A stretch of 64,000 nt of DNA from Rhodosorus marinus CCMP1338. Its lineage: Eukaryota; Plantae; Rhodophyta. Position numbers and translations under genes: made by a program. Numbering within the stretch: the first letter of the stretch is position 1; every line of letters begins with the position of its first letter. Shown piece by piece: positions 1 through 10,203 of the stretch. The DNA lies in the NCBI GenBank assembly GCA_029953675.1, contig JAMWBK010000009.1, positions 62,001 through 126,000 on the forward strand, written 5' to 3'. The notes under the pieces are model-generated. The model had not been told where the DNA came from and ran no database searches. It saw nothing but the letters and a program-made list of their open reading frames with translations.

Positions 1-18
1 CTCCTGCTGACCCAGCTG

Positions 19-798
19 TTGTTGTCTGAGTCGGCTCGATTCTTGCTGGCTCAAGTATCTCATGAGAGAGCAACTCAAGCGGTGCTCCAGATGGCCCGGC
101 AGAACGGGAAATCGATCAACTTTTTGTTTCCCTCAACTGATGAGCCCAACTTCCGACTGCGATCACATCCGCATGGAGCCAACGGTAGCACATCCTTCTT
201 CGCCTTGTGGAAGCCGCGTGTGGCTGTGCTTACCCTGGCTATTGGGTTTGCGCAGTTTGCTGGGACAATGGCCTTCTACGGTCTAACCCTATCGAATGCA
301 CAGCACGTCACGGAAAACCAGTATATGAATACCGTTCTCGGAGCCTTTGCTGAAGTCCCAGGGATCTTTGTCACGTGGCTCGCAGCTGAGCGCTTTGGGC
401 GAAGGATAACGTACGCCGCGATTTTGGGTACACTAGGTGTCGCCCTCATTGGGGCCTCGTTGCCCTCGCTGGGCGGCGTGGCGACAGGAATCCTGCTTCT
501 CGTTGGTAGATTTGCGGCAGCTGGAGCTACAATGATTTGCTACGTTGTGTCTGCCGAGTGCTTTCCAACAGACTGCCGCAGTGCTGGAGTGGCCTGGGGA
601 AGTAGCTGTGGGCGACTGGGTGCAATCCTTGCCCCATTAACCTTCGATCTTCCGTTCGGAAGTGTCGCGTATTCAGTGATTAACCTATTGGCAATGGTTA
701 GTACCGCCGCTCTTCTACCAGAAACTCTTGGGAAGAAGATGGACTCCCATGACAGCAACGAAGAGCACGAAGACTACGAAGAGATCGAAACTGGGTAG
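19..798 (+). CDS. MFS sugar/organic-cation transporter, C-terminal half (5' end probably upstream of window)
   Basis: 259-aa ORF with multiple TM segments, loop motif AERFGRR and E-C-FPT-x-x-RS-x-G motif of the sugar/SLC22-like MFS family. Confidence 0.85.
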   Translation: MLSESARFLLAQVSHERATQAVLQMARQNGKSINFLFPSTDEPNFRLRSHPHGANGSTSFFALWKPRVAVLTLAIGFAQFAGTMAFYGLTLSNAQHVTENQYMNTVLGAFAEVPGIFVTWLAAERFGRRITYAAILGTLGVALIGASLPSLGGVATGILLLVGRFAAAGATMICYVVSAECFPTDCRSAGVAWGSSCGRLGAILAPLTFDLPFGSVAYSVINLLAMVSTAALLPETLGKKMDSHDSNEEHEDYEEIETG

Positions 799-1613
799 AC
801 TGAATTGAGTATGGCGAGGTTGGCTGATCGCCGAGCACCGCACCTACATACATGAGCGACTGTTTCAGTGTTTTGAGGAAAGACCGGCGTCTACCTGACG
901 AAAAGAGGTTGTGTCCAAAGTAACCCCAGACTAACGTAACCGCGTACACTTACCCCCAACTGCAGGTAGGCCCTGAGAGTTCCTTTACAGAGCGGTTTCT
1001 AGTCGAGACTTTGGGACAAGGCATTGATGGGATGCGCGGACCTCGAGGGCTGAGTTGCAAGAGTGCACGCTCAGAGCGTGATCTACACGATACTATGTGG
1101 CTTGTCACACCTCCACCCAGTTGGTGACGATGTGTGGTCCCTTTCCAATCTAGCCTCTGCGTAGCAGCACCTTCCCTCGCTGTCCAAAAAGGCAGGACGC
1201 CACAATCACATACGGTGATTGTACATTGGACCGGAAACACTATGGTAGAAAACTTTCATCAGCTATCCGCGAGGTTGTTCCATACGCTTTGAGGACCCCA
1301 TCAATAAAGACAGACATGATAAACCCACAATGTTCTCTCGTTGCTGCCACCCCCATCCGTACCCGAGTAACCCACAACTCTAACACAGTTGGATGTGCAC
1401 GCCGAGCTTTTGATCGATGTTTATCGTGTTCGGGATTGTCACAGGAGCGCGGCCCACTTTCGAATGTCCGGATTCTTTAGTACGGAGCACATTTGAGTGT
1501 GTTTGCACTTGAAACGGTGTGGAGTAATTGATCGTGTTCAAATTTCTAATGACCACGTCGGATTGAAAGATCGGCTACCTTGTTTTCGAAAAGCTCGGTT
1601 TTTACGTTCAGAG

Positions 1614-2117
1614 ATGCCCCGCCCACGAGAGCCTAAGGACTATGAATGGTGCGACAACGTTCCTCTGAATGTTAAATTAACGAACGATCCGGTACCTGTG
1701 CTGAAGGCCATAGCAGAAGGAAGAATTGACACCGCCATTGAAGAATTCTCCTTCAAGCAGTGCGACAAGCAAGCGCAAGAGTTTGTTCGCTGCGCTGAGG
1801 TAAACGGAGGCCCTTCAATTGAGTTTCCTTAGCAGCCTAGTCCACTGCTTTCTTGTGCGGCACCTACGTGCTACCCGAATTGCTGCTAATTCACTCTTGG
1901 GTTGCTTCCTGGTTCTCATCCTACAAAGGGAAAGTTTTTCTCTCTGCTGTTTTCCTGCAAGACCGAGAATAGAACGATGCTGGACTGTACGAAAAAATAC
2001 CGGAGCGAGCCGTTCCGAGACGTGTTCAGACGTGCATATGCGAAGCAGTACCCCCACACAGTGCTTGACTGGAAGACGCCAGAATATGAAACTTCGGCCA
2101 CTGAAGAATCAACATAA
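1614..2117 (+). CDS. CMC1: Twin-CX9C mitochondrial intermembrane-space protein, CMC1-like COX assembly factor (2 exons)
   Basis: Exon 1 ends CDKQAQEFVRCAE at GT 1800; after AG 1928 exon 2 reads GKFFSLLFSCKTENRTMLDCTKKY, giving two exact CX9C motifs. Confidence 0.75.
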
Positions 2118-2853
2118 TGAGGACATTCATCTGCTATGTTGACAGTTTGGAGCGGTCCAAGGGGCAGGAGGTTGACGCAATCAGAACCCAAACTGGAGCT
2201 AAGATAGAAACCCTTAGAGGTGCATCAGATCCTCGAACGGGGAAAAACCTTCCATGCCTCGGGTGTCGATGTTCTGTTGATGGACTTTGGCTCTGCGCCA
2301 CCATGATTTCAGATACCCGCCGCCACCGCGCCCCCTCCCCCTTAAGCAACGAAGACGAGGAGCAGTGGGCTCTTGGCGTTCCATGACATGTGAACGCGTG
2401 TTCGTTTCTGGGGATGGGCGTCTGACAGTTCTCATTAAACGAATTTTCGCACACTCCCGCGGGCCTGGACATCCGAAGACGAGCGTTCATGGGTGCTCTG
2501 GTGCAGCTAGGGGGTATTGCGGTTAGGCTCCGCTGCCCTTTTTTTCTGAAAAACGAACGAGGATTGGATTCCTCCAATGTAAAATTTCCCACACTGGTTA
2601 GATTACTACTCCCAGATGACCACCCCAAGGGATGTGGTGGTGCCTCGCATGACATCTAAGTTTCTCACGCGTCACTCGGCATGCCCAAGACGCTGAATCA
2701 CATCCAGCCCATGTTTGCATAGTAGAAGCTCACTCCGTCATTGGGCAACTGTGACCACCATGCTCACGCTTCCACCGAAGCACTGATCTTCCAATTATGA
2801 CACCAAAATGATTGCGAAATCGGTACTAGGGTGAGGGCAACTCACGAGAATGG

Positions 2854-4117
2854 ATGCTTGATTGGCAGGAGGGAGTCGATGGACAGAAACAACATATGCA
2901 GGGACTCCAGGACCTTGTATGCTTCTACTTGTATGCTATCGTAATATGGAGCCGCCAGCTTTTTCGAAATCTACTCGTTGGAATGGAGCGTCCAAACCCA
3001 TCAAGGTTTGCTCAGGCATCTCCAAGAATATGCGGAAGAAAGTTCCTTGTCACTGGGACTGGATCGGGCATTGGAAAGGTACTCTGTGATGAGCTGCACC
3101 GACTGGGAGGGATTGTGGTAAGGTTTTGGAATAGTAGAGCAGTGCCTGCTGAAGGCACGAAGCTGAAAATGTGTAGATCGTTCATGCAAGAGACAGGGCT
3201 CGGTTATTAACAGAAATCGCATCTATATTTTTTGCTCCGAACAGATAGCGCTCCATGGACCCCACACCGACGCTCCCAGAACGGCGTCTGACGCGTATGG
3301 ATGTGATTTTACCAGCGTTGAGCAGATCAGAGCCACAGGGGCTACAGTAGCCAAGCGACATTCAGATATCGACGTTTTGGTACATTGTGCCGGTGTGATG
3401 TTCCCGAAGGCCCTGAACACAGAAGACGGACTTGAAACAACAATACAAGTGAACAGTATAGCGCCTTTCATTTTGACAGAAGCACTACAAACTGGCCTGG
3501 TCCGACCTCCTCGTGGTATGCCGTTTTAACGGACTTGCCCTAAGAAAGAGTGAGTGCGGGACTGGTTGCCTTCGTTCAACTTTCTTTACTGTTGTTTCTT
3601 ACGATATCCAGCACTGGTATTTTTGTCATCTGAGATGCACCGATGTTTTCCCATTTGCACCTGGAGGGCTTCATATGTGCACACTCGAAGATCCAGATAC
3701 CACGCGTATGCCCTATCAAAGCTGTGTGCGCACGCATTACTTGGACGTCGCAGCGACGCGGAGACAAACTTATTTGTGCACCCAGGAGTAGTTGACACAG
3801 CTTTGTACGAGAATGAAACCGGTATTCTAGGATCAATGGTCCGATTTGTCCAAAAGCTCTCTTTCTGGTCACCCGAGTACTGCGTGCGGGAGCTCCTGGC
3901 ACAGGCTATTGGTCCGAGCCTTGGAGGAGACCTGAGCGGAAAGTACGACCTGAAACCACCAATCTATTTGAACCTCCCCGAACGGACGTCTTGGCCGCTG
4001 AGTATTCCTGACGATGAGTACGGCGAACTGCATGCACATCTTGCGCGTGTGGCGCATCAAATCAAAGAGAATGACCACTCTGCTTCTGGGAAGTTGCCCC
4101 GTACAGGTCATTCGTAG
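2854..4117 (+). CDS. Short-chain dehydrogenase/reductase, retinol-dehydrogenase-like (about 3 exons)
   Basis: LVTGTGSGIG (TGxxxGIG), DVLVHCAGVM, GLETTIQVN, YALSK (YxxxK) and VHPGVVDT joined across GT-AG introns near 3118-3245 and 3515-3600. Confidence 0.88.
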
Positions 4118-4199
4118 CGAAGTGCTCTAATTTCCACAGCGAACAGACCGAAAAACGAAGATCATGTCCGTGACAAACTTCTAAAACGGGTTTCCGGGC

Positions 4200-4545
4200 T
4201 ACGCAACTGATGGCAAGGCCTTCGAATTTCCCAAAAACGAGCCATCAGCTCTCATAGTGATGTCGCTTAGACTAGGTTTAGCTGAGATATGGTCTTGACT
4301 CTTGAACGACTTGTCAAGATGGTCATCGACGATGTCCGCCAAGCATTGCTTAGAAGCGGAGTGGGCGTTCGGCAAGATACTGGAATCCGAAACAATGCTA
4401 TCTACCACATCACCCTTTCTACGACGTACATCATCGAATTCGGATCCATCAAACGTTCACGAGGCTCGTTACTTCCGCCAGCCCCGAAAGTCTAGCACAT
4501 ATTGGGACATCGTGAATATTGTTAACTCTGGATGATACCAATTCA
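4200..4545 (-). pseudogene. Decayed Copia-type RT/RNase H junction fragment (inverted homolog of 4965-5310)
   Basis: DIVDDHLDK...ITMRADGSFLGN aligns with DILADHLDK...INITADWSSSGN on the + strand; stops upstream; Copia identity inferred from a DxSFxxN-like motif. Confidence 0.45.
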
Positions 4546-4756
4546 ATAGTTGACCTTCATGAAGCCAAGGGGGAGGGGACTCCAATTTTGTGTTGTACCC
4601 AATTGAGAATTTAACCATCTAAGGTCGACTGACCCCGGAATCATCGATTTACGTATAGACGTTATCCAAAAACACTCCCAAAGCCTGATCAGAATAGACA
4701 TTCAGGGGGTTCTCAAAAGCGCGGGATCTTCAGTAGTTTGTGTAGGTCCTCAGACT

Positions 4757-4800
4757 CCTTTTTACACCTTTTACACCTTTTACACTTTTTACACTTTTAT
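4757..4800. repeat. Tandem array of about 4.5 x 9-bp ACACCTTTT-like units
   Basis: cctttttaca-ccttttaca-ccttttaca-ctttttaca-ctttta read directly. Confidence 0.9.
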
Positions 4801-4964
4801 GCACTGGTGTTTTTTTTATGTAGCACCCCTCCAGGTGGGAGTGCAGCTTGCATGAGGCCTCATCCAAACCCAAGGGTTGAGCTTGGAGTTCGACTCCGAC
4901 TACAAGTGCAAAGAGTACGTTTCGCGTTTGCATCAAACGATCATTGAATCGTAGTTACTTTGGG

Positions 4965-5690
4965 AGGTATTTCCTGCTGTTAAATTTGCTGCTGTTCATC
5001 CTACGATGCTCTCAAGGTTCTGTTTTCCACGGCTTCTCGCTGGAGCAACGAGCCTAGTGAATGTAGGATTGATCCCCAGGTCGATGGTGCATGTTGTAGA
5101 AAGGGTGAGGTGGCAGAAAATGTTGTTTCGTATCCTGCATCTCGCCGAACGCCCACTCCGCTTCTCACCAATGCCTATGTCCGACATCCTCGCTGACCAT
5201 CTTGATAAGCAGTTGAAGACTGAAGGCCAGTTCCCGGTTGAACCTACTCTATGCAAAATCAACATAACAGCTGATTGGTCTTCCTCGGGAAACTGGACTC
5301 CTCGTCTTACTTGCTGAAATTGCCGCTTGCCGCTTAGACATAGTGTTCCAACAGTTGCAACACGGAAGATAGTGAAGGTACTTCGATATCATGGCTGAGA
5401 TAGTATGATTGCTGCTAAGCGTACTGCAGACCCGTGTTGTACACTCAATGAGGACCTCAACTATATATACACACATGCGTTCCAACAACATAACACTTCA
5501 AAAGTTGGGTTTGCATTGGAGAAACACATCGGTTTGGATAGAGGCCAATTAACTCATTTCAACGCAAGAGAGTTTACTATTCAATGCCGGGCCCAGCGTT
5601 TTGGAGACACAAAGCCGTTGCTGATGTTGCAAACGCAACATAAAAACCCTTCAACAATAACGGAATTCGCAAGCCAGAGGGCTGACTGAA
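4965..5690 (+). pseudogene. Decayed Copia pol 3' end (RT C-terminus plus RNase H)
   Basis: Frameshifted pieces ADWSSSGN, TGLLVLLAE, IMAEI, EKHIGLD..QL...NARE and GDTKPL occur in Copia RNase H order; purine tract aaaaagggagcagaaaa follows near 5725. Confidence 0.45.
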
Positions 5691-5989
5691 TTTCGCTACG
5701 GCCCGCAGTTTAGGCTCAACACTAAAAAGGGAGCAGAAAAGTATTAGCAATTCATTAGTTCCTAGGATTTACACGTACTATATTCTACGAGTATAGACTA
5801 GTCAAGACGCGCTGTACGGGGATTAACCCTGACCAGATGGGAGCGGTCTATCGAAGCAGTCTTATGCCTATGGGCGGGCCCATGTGCGTTTCCCGAAGCA
5901 CGGGTTTATCAGCGTTTTAACCAGATGAAAACCAGATTTCCGAATCGCATTTGGAGTATGAAGCTTGACGGCGTAACCTCCAATGAAGA

Positions 5990-6288
5990 TGTTGAAACGG
6001 TCACGGGGCAACGGTGACGATACGCTCTCAGCATCTAGGAGGATGATTCACACATGGTCACACATACGGTAGGACCGATGTGAAAACAGTATACGGTAGA
6101 CAAACCATATAGAGGTTCACACATTTGAAATAGTTTGAACAGTACAAGCTATCGATCTTCCCCATAGTATAGTAGGATACTTAAGTGGTAGATATCGAAC
6201 ACAAGGGTCAGGGAAACCAATAAAGAAACCATCGAAGTTCGCTTGGTGCAGCCTCTTTCAAGGTTGGAAACCAGTAAAAATCTCTACA
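5990..6288 (+). repeat. Copia LTR, left arm (299 bp)
   Basis: TGTTGA...TCTACA termini, AATAAA near 6219, followed directly by PBS-like TGGTCTCATCGC. Confidence 0.8.
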
Positions 6289-6731
6289 TGGTCTCATCGC
6301 TTGGTGCGATTACAACGAAGACAGAGGTTTAGTTTTCAAGGGATAATGACGACGAGAGCTATGTCACGGGCATCGACGAGGCAAGGTCGAGAGACTTCGC
6401 ATTGCCAACAGTCTTCTCGGGGGATCAGGATTCGTACCAATCCTTCCGAAACTGGAGGCAGCAAGTGGAGTGTTACCTGGCTGTCAAGGGCCTAAAGCAT
6501 GTCATTTATCAACCGCAGGATGCAGCGGACGAAGAGAAAACGTTCGTGTCGGCGGTTTTGTCCCGGGTGCTGGATGGACCGGCGCTGGACACCGCCTATG
6601 CATCCTCCAGAGAGGCCACGCCAGACGAGGCATGGGCTGCGTTGCGGGCAAGGTACGAACCATCGTCCAGGAGAGCGGCAGTCAACGTGTGGAATGGAAT
6701 CAATCGGCGGAAGCTACGTCGTGGGGAGGCT

Positions 6732-7067
6732 CCGCGCTCCTTGACGATGGTTCGTACCTTGCCCGCAACGCAGCCCATGCCTCGTCTGGCGTGGCCTCTC
6801 TGGAGGATGCATAGGCGGTGTCCAGCGCCGGTCCATCCAGCACCCGGGACAAAACCGCCGACACGAACGTTTTCTCTTCGTCCGCTGCATCCTGCGGTTG
6901 ATAAATGACGTGCTTTAGGCCCTTGACAGCCAGGTAACACTCCACTTGCTGCCTCCAGTTTCGGAAGGATTGGTACGAATCCTGATCCCCCGAGAAGACT
7001 GTTGGCAATGCGAAGTCTCTCGACCTTGCTTCGTCTCCAGATGCCCGTGACATAGCTCTCGTCGTCA
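6732..7067 (-). pseudogene. Truncated Copia gag N-terminus; in frame in the right arm, frameshifted by a 4-bp deletion in the left arm
   Basis: ORF 6700..7113: MTTRAMSRASGDEARSRDFALPTVFSGDQDSYQSFRNWRQQVECYLAVKGL...EAWAALRARYEPSSR. Confidence 0.8.
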
Positions 7068-7125
7068 TTATCCCTTGAAAACTAAACCTCTGTCTTCGTT
7101 GTAATCGCACCAAGCGATGAGACCA

Positions 7126-7417
7126 TGTAGAGATTTTTACTGGTTTCCAACCTTGAAAGAGGCTGCACCAAGCGAACTTCGATGGTTTCTTTATTGGTTT
7201 CCCTGACCCTTGTGTTCGATATCTACCACTTAAGTATCCTACTATACTATGGGGAAGATCGATAGCTTGTACTGTTCAAACTATTTCAAATGTGTGAACC
7301 TCTATATGGTTTGTCTACCGTATACTGTTTTCACATCGGTCCTACCGTATGTGTGACCATGTTGGAATCATCCTCCTAGAGCGTATCGTCACCGTTGATC
7401 GCGTGACCGTTTCAACA
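7126..7417 (-). repeat. Copia LTR, right arm (292 bp)
   Basis: Reverse complement of the left LTR with an 8-bp and a 1-bp indel and a few substitutions. Confidence 0.8.
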
Positions 7418-7599
7418 CGTTATAAAGGACAATTGCATTTACCTGGGCTTTCTCAAGTGCACCCTGCAGGCTGCTCTCCGCGACAAGTTAAAATTTAGCG
7501 GGTACAGCCTTCTTGTCCTCACAACAGCTGTACTTCTTTGTCAGTCAAGAATTACCTAAGCATACGGTGAATGGAGTTGCCAGGCAGCACGATGAAAAG

Positions 7600-7810
7600 C
7601 CCCGCTCGTCGATGACGGGCGGCCCAAACAAGCCTTTTTACCCAATATTGATACCAACTCATCCTGCAAGCACCTCGTGAAGTTCCAAACGCGCAATCCT
7701 TCCGTGTATGGATCTTGCCGAGAGGCCCAAGAAGCTTTGTGGGTGTTCACGACGGATTCGATAGGGGTATCTATCTACTTGCAACGCACAGTGTATCGCG
7801 GAAACAAGGT
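7600..7810 (-). pseudogene. Decayed Ty3/Gypsy RNase H-like fragment
   Basis: Frameshifted VVNTHKASWASRQDP / GRIARLEL resembles the VVTDHKALxWL...KDPxGRLARW motif. Confidence 0.4.
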
Positions 7811-7974
7811 TCCATCTGGTCCCAGGAATGTCAAGAGAGCAAGTGCACAATACGCAAGCAATGAATTACAAAACAGAAGATGAGGAACAAAGTAGTGACG
7901 CAAACTGCATCAGCATCACCATACCCCCGAGTTCTATTTCACCTCATAGCACTCCTCAGCTCATTCATTTATTT

Positions 7975-8269
7975 CTGGTTGGAAGTACAACATACCCGGA
8001 AGCAAGCGCCTAGATATCTCTTCGAATCAGTATTGAACGCCAGCCACTCCCTCCGCCTGGAAACTTGCACTTCAGAATATTTTTTAAAAATAATCCTCCC
8101 ACCCAAGATAGGATCATATATTTTCCGGGTTGGAAGTCCACCACCCCCCACCACGACCGGAAGCGAGCACGTAGATATCTCTTCGAATCAGTAGTGAAAG
8201 CCAGCCTCTCCCGCCGCCTGGAAATTGTACTTTAGAAATTTTTTAAAAATATTCCTTCACCCCAGATAG
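7975..8269 (+). repeat. Diverged direct duplication, about 150-bp units (7975-8111, 8126-8269)
   Basis: Shared core tagatatctcttcgaatcagta and ccgcctggaaa...ttttaaaaata...agatag. Confidence 0.85.
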
Positions 8270-8770
8270 CGCCACATACGTATATATATATATATTTCTT
8301 TTTCACTGATCTGTCTGATGTTTTTCCTATCGATGGATTTCCCAATCCTACACAAGACAGAACGCGAAATTGAGGGAAAGTAGCCTGCCTCCGGCTCGCT
8401 GAGGTTTGAAGCTGGTGGGAACGCTGGGTGAGGCGTGAGGAAGCAGAGCTCCAAATTTGCAAAGGCGTATTGTCTTCATTTTTGGGGGAAGGATCAGGCA
8501 GACTCTTTTCGAATTTGGGACAGTCTCATTCGTTCTGTTAGCTCGTGTTAGCTTGATTGCCCAAAACTTGGCCGGTAATTGGCCTTCACGGGACTTCAAT
8601 CCTAGCAGGTGTTTTGTGCAGCGCGTATGGTGGCTTCGAGAAGTAGGTACGCTTGAATGTGGACGAGAGTGAAGCGGAAGGGGGTTTGTCCTAGTGAAAG
8701 GGCTCAGTGATGTAATGCGCGGCGGCATTCGCAGAGGAATCTGGTCAGTATATTTCGGGACAATCAAGCA

Positions 8771-9334
8771 ATGCTAGCGGGTTTCGTTCTGGTCGCGGTG
8801 CAGAAGAGGAACGGAGCGGAGAGTGCAAAGCGAAAGGTCCATAGGTGTCGGCTTTGTAGGGCAGTAGGACACAACGTTAGGACCTGCCCCGAGTTGAAGA
8901 AGGTTAGGCCGGAGGGGTTTTACAAGCAAATCTGCAGCGTATGTGGAGTTGAGGGTCATAACAAGAGGAATTGCCCAAAGAATTCTAAGTGTACGGTCTG
9001 TAGCGGAACGAGGAGAATACTCTGCAAGGCCTGCAGTGGTTTCGGAACCTTGAGTGGTCTGAAAAAAAATGTGGAGGACGACTCTCCTATGAAGTCTTCC
9101 CCACACAGTGGACCCTTGGGAGTGCTATACGACTCGTCGGCAGAGTCCCAGAGTGATCTGGAGATGCTTCAGCGCGCTCGACGACGTGTGCAGCACCACA
9201 TGCAGCTGATGCACCAGATTTCCGCGGAGAACTCGGACTTGGACTACTTTGTAGGAGGAACGGCTAGAGCGAATGATCAGTGCCGGGTCTGTATGGGGAA
9301 GGGCTACTTGAGATGCCTTTCATGTGCGGCTTGA
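8771..9334 (+). CDS. Zinc-binding protein: two CCHC knuckles plus a split DnaJ-type cysteine-rich finger (5' exon probably upstream)
   Basis: CRLCRAVGHNVRTC and CSVCGVEGHNKRNC (CX2CX4HX4C); CTVCSGTRRILCKACSGFG and CRVCMGKGYLRCLSC (CxxCxGxG repeats). Confidence 0.75.
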   Translation: MLAGFVLVAVQKRNGAESAKRKVHRCRLCRAVGHNVRTCPELKKVRPEGFYKQICSVCGVEGHNKRNCPKNSKCTVCSGTRRILCKACSGFGTLSGLKKNVEDDSPMKSSPHSGPLGVLYDSSAESQSDLEMLQRARRRVQHHMQLMHQISAENSDLDYFVGGTARANDQCRVCMGKGYLRCLSCAA

Positions 9335-9876
9335 GGAGCATTATGAGTTAAAGCTCGTGACTTTGGAGTTCTCTTTGTGGAACGCAAACCATGCGTTGGG
9401 GTGGTAGGAAGAATGTCGATTCTGATGAACAGTTGAGCTTTGGGTAACCTCGGTGTTGGTTCTGGATTAATGTGCAGGCCAGGAAAGTCTGTCAGAAAGG
9501 GCAGATTATTGAGAACTCCCCGCGTGAGTGAGTAGATTGTTTTGTGTTGAGTTCCGCTTCTGAAATCCTCGATTTCTAATAAGGAAGGGGCTGAAAACAG
9601 CCATAGGAAAATCGCCGTCAAATCCTTCAGCAGCGTAAGCTCTACGTCGCTTTTATATAAAACTAAAGGTCTGGTGCAGAATGTCCTTCGTCGTTTTCCG
9701 ATTACTTAACAAGTTCATTTTACAAACATAAACGGAACTTATGGGAAACATCAATTTCCGCCCTCCCTGATTGTGAACACTAGCTCAACTCCTTTGAAGC
9801 AGAACTCCTAGGAGTCAGATCAATTACCTATACATAAACGGAAGCCCGCCAAGTTCAACGAGGCAGCCTCCGTCGC

Positions 9877-10203
9877 CTACTGAGACGAAATGAAATACGG
9901 CACGCCAAAACCGAAGGATGACTCTCTCTTCTTCCCGTCGCCACTCGTATGCATGAAATTCACGTACGTATCAGGGCTGTACGAAACAGGATCTGGGACG
10001 TCGAAGTCTCCTAGCGGCAGGTCGTATTCGTCCGCTAGCTCAGACTCAGGCTCACCGACGTGGCCAAGAACATCGGCGTTGCTCAAACACTTCGGGTTGT
10101 CTTCCCAGTCATTTGAATACCCAAGACATGCACCGAAGCCTCTGCTCACCCGCTTCTTATCTGAAAGTCCAGAGCTGCTCCTCCTCCAGCGAAAGATCTT
10201 CAT
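9877..10203 (-). CDS. Hypothetical protein or terminal exon
   Basis: 108-aa ATG ORF with plausible composition; no family recognised. Confidence 0.25.
   Translation of the reverse strand: MKIFRWRRSSSGLSDKKRVSRGFGACLGYSNDWEDNPKCLSNADVLGHVGEPESELADEYDLPLGDFDVPDPVSYSPDTYVNFMHTSGDGKKRESSFGFGVPYFISSQ

Larger units (their letters stand above)
5990..7417. mobile_element. Fold-back of two inverted Ty1/Copia 5' ends (LTR-PBS-gag / 53-bp spacer / gag-PBS-LTR)
   Basis: Arms 5990-6678 and 6732-7417 are about 97-98% identical in reverse complement. TG...CA LTRs at 5990-6288 and 7126-7417. Gag motifs NWRQQVECYLAVKGL and EAWAALRARY. Flanks GAAGA and CGTTA give no TSD. Confidence 0.9.

Noticed and set aside
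4757-4800. Interstitial telomere repeat
   Set aside because: The unit matches no telomere motif I can support and lacks a clear G-rich strand
6470-6940. Two near-identical 114-aa ORFs (MLPGCQGPKA...) on opposite strands
   Set aside because: Alternative-frame by-products of the gag palindrome, not genes
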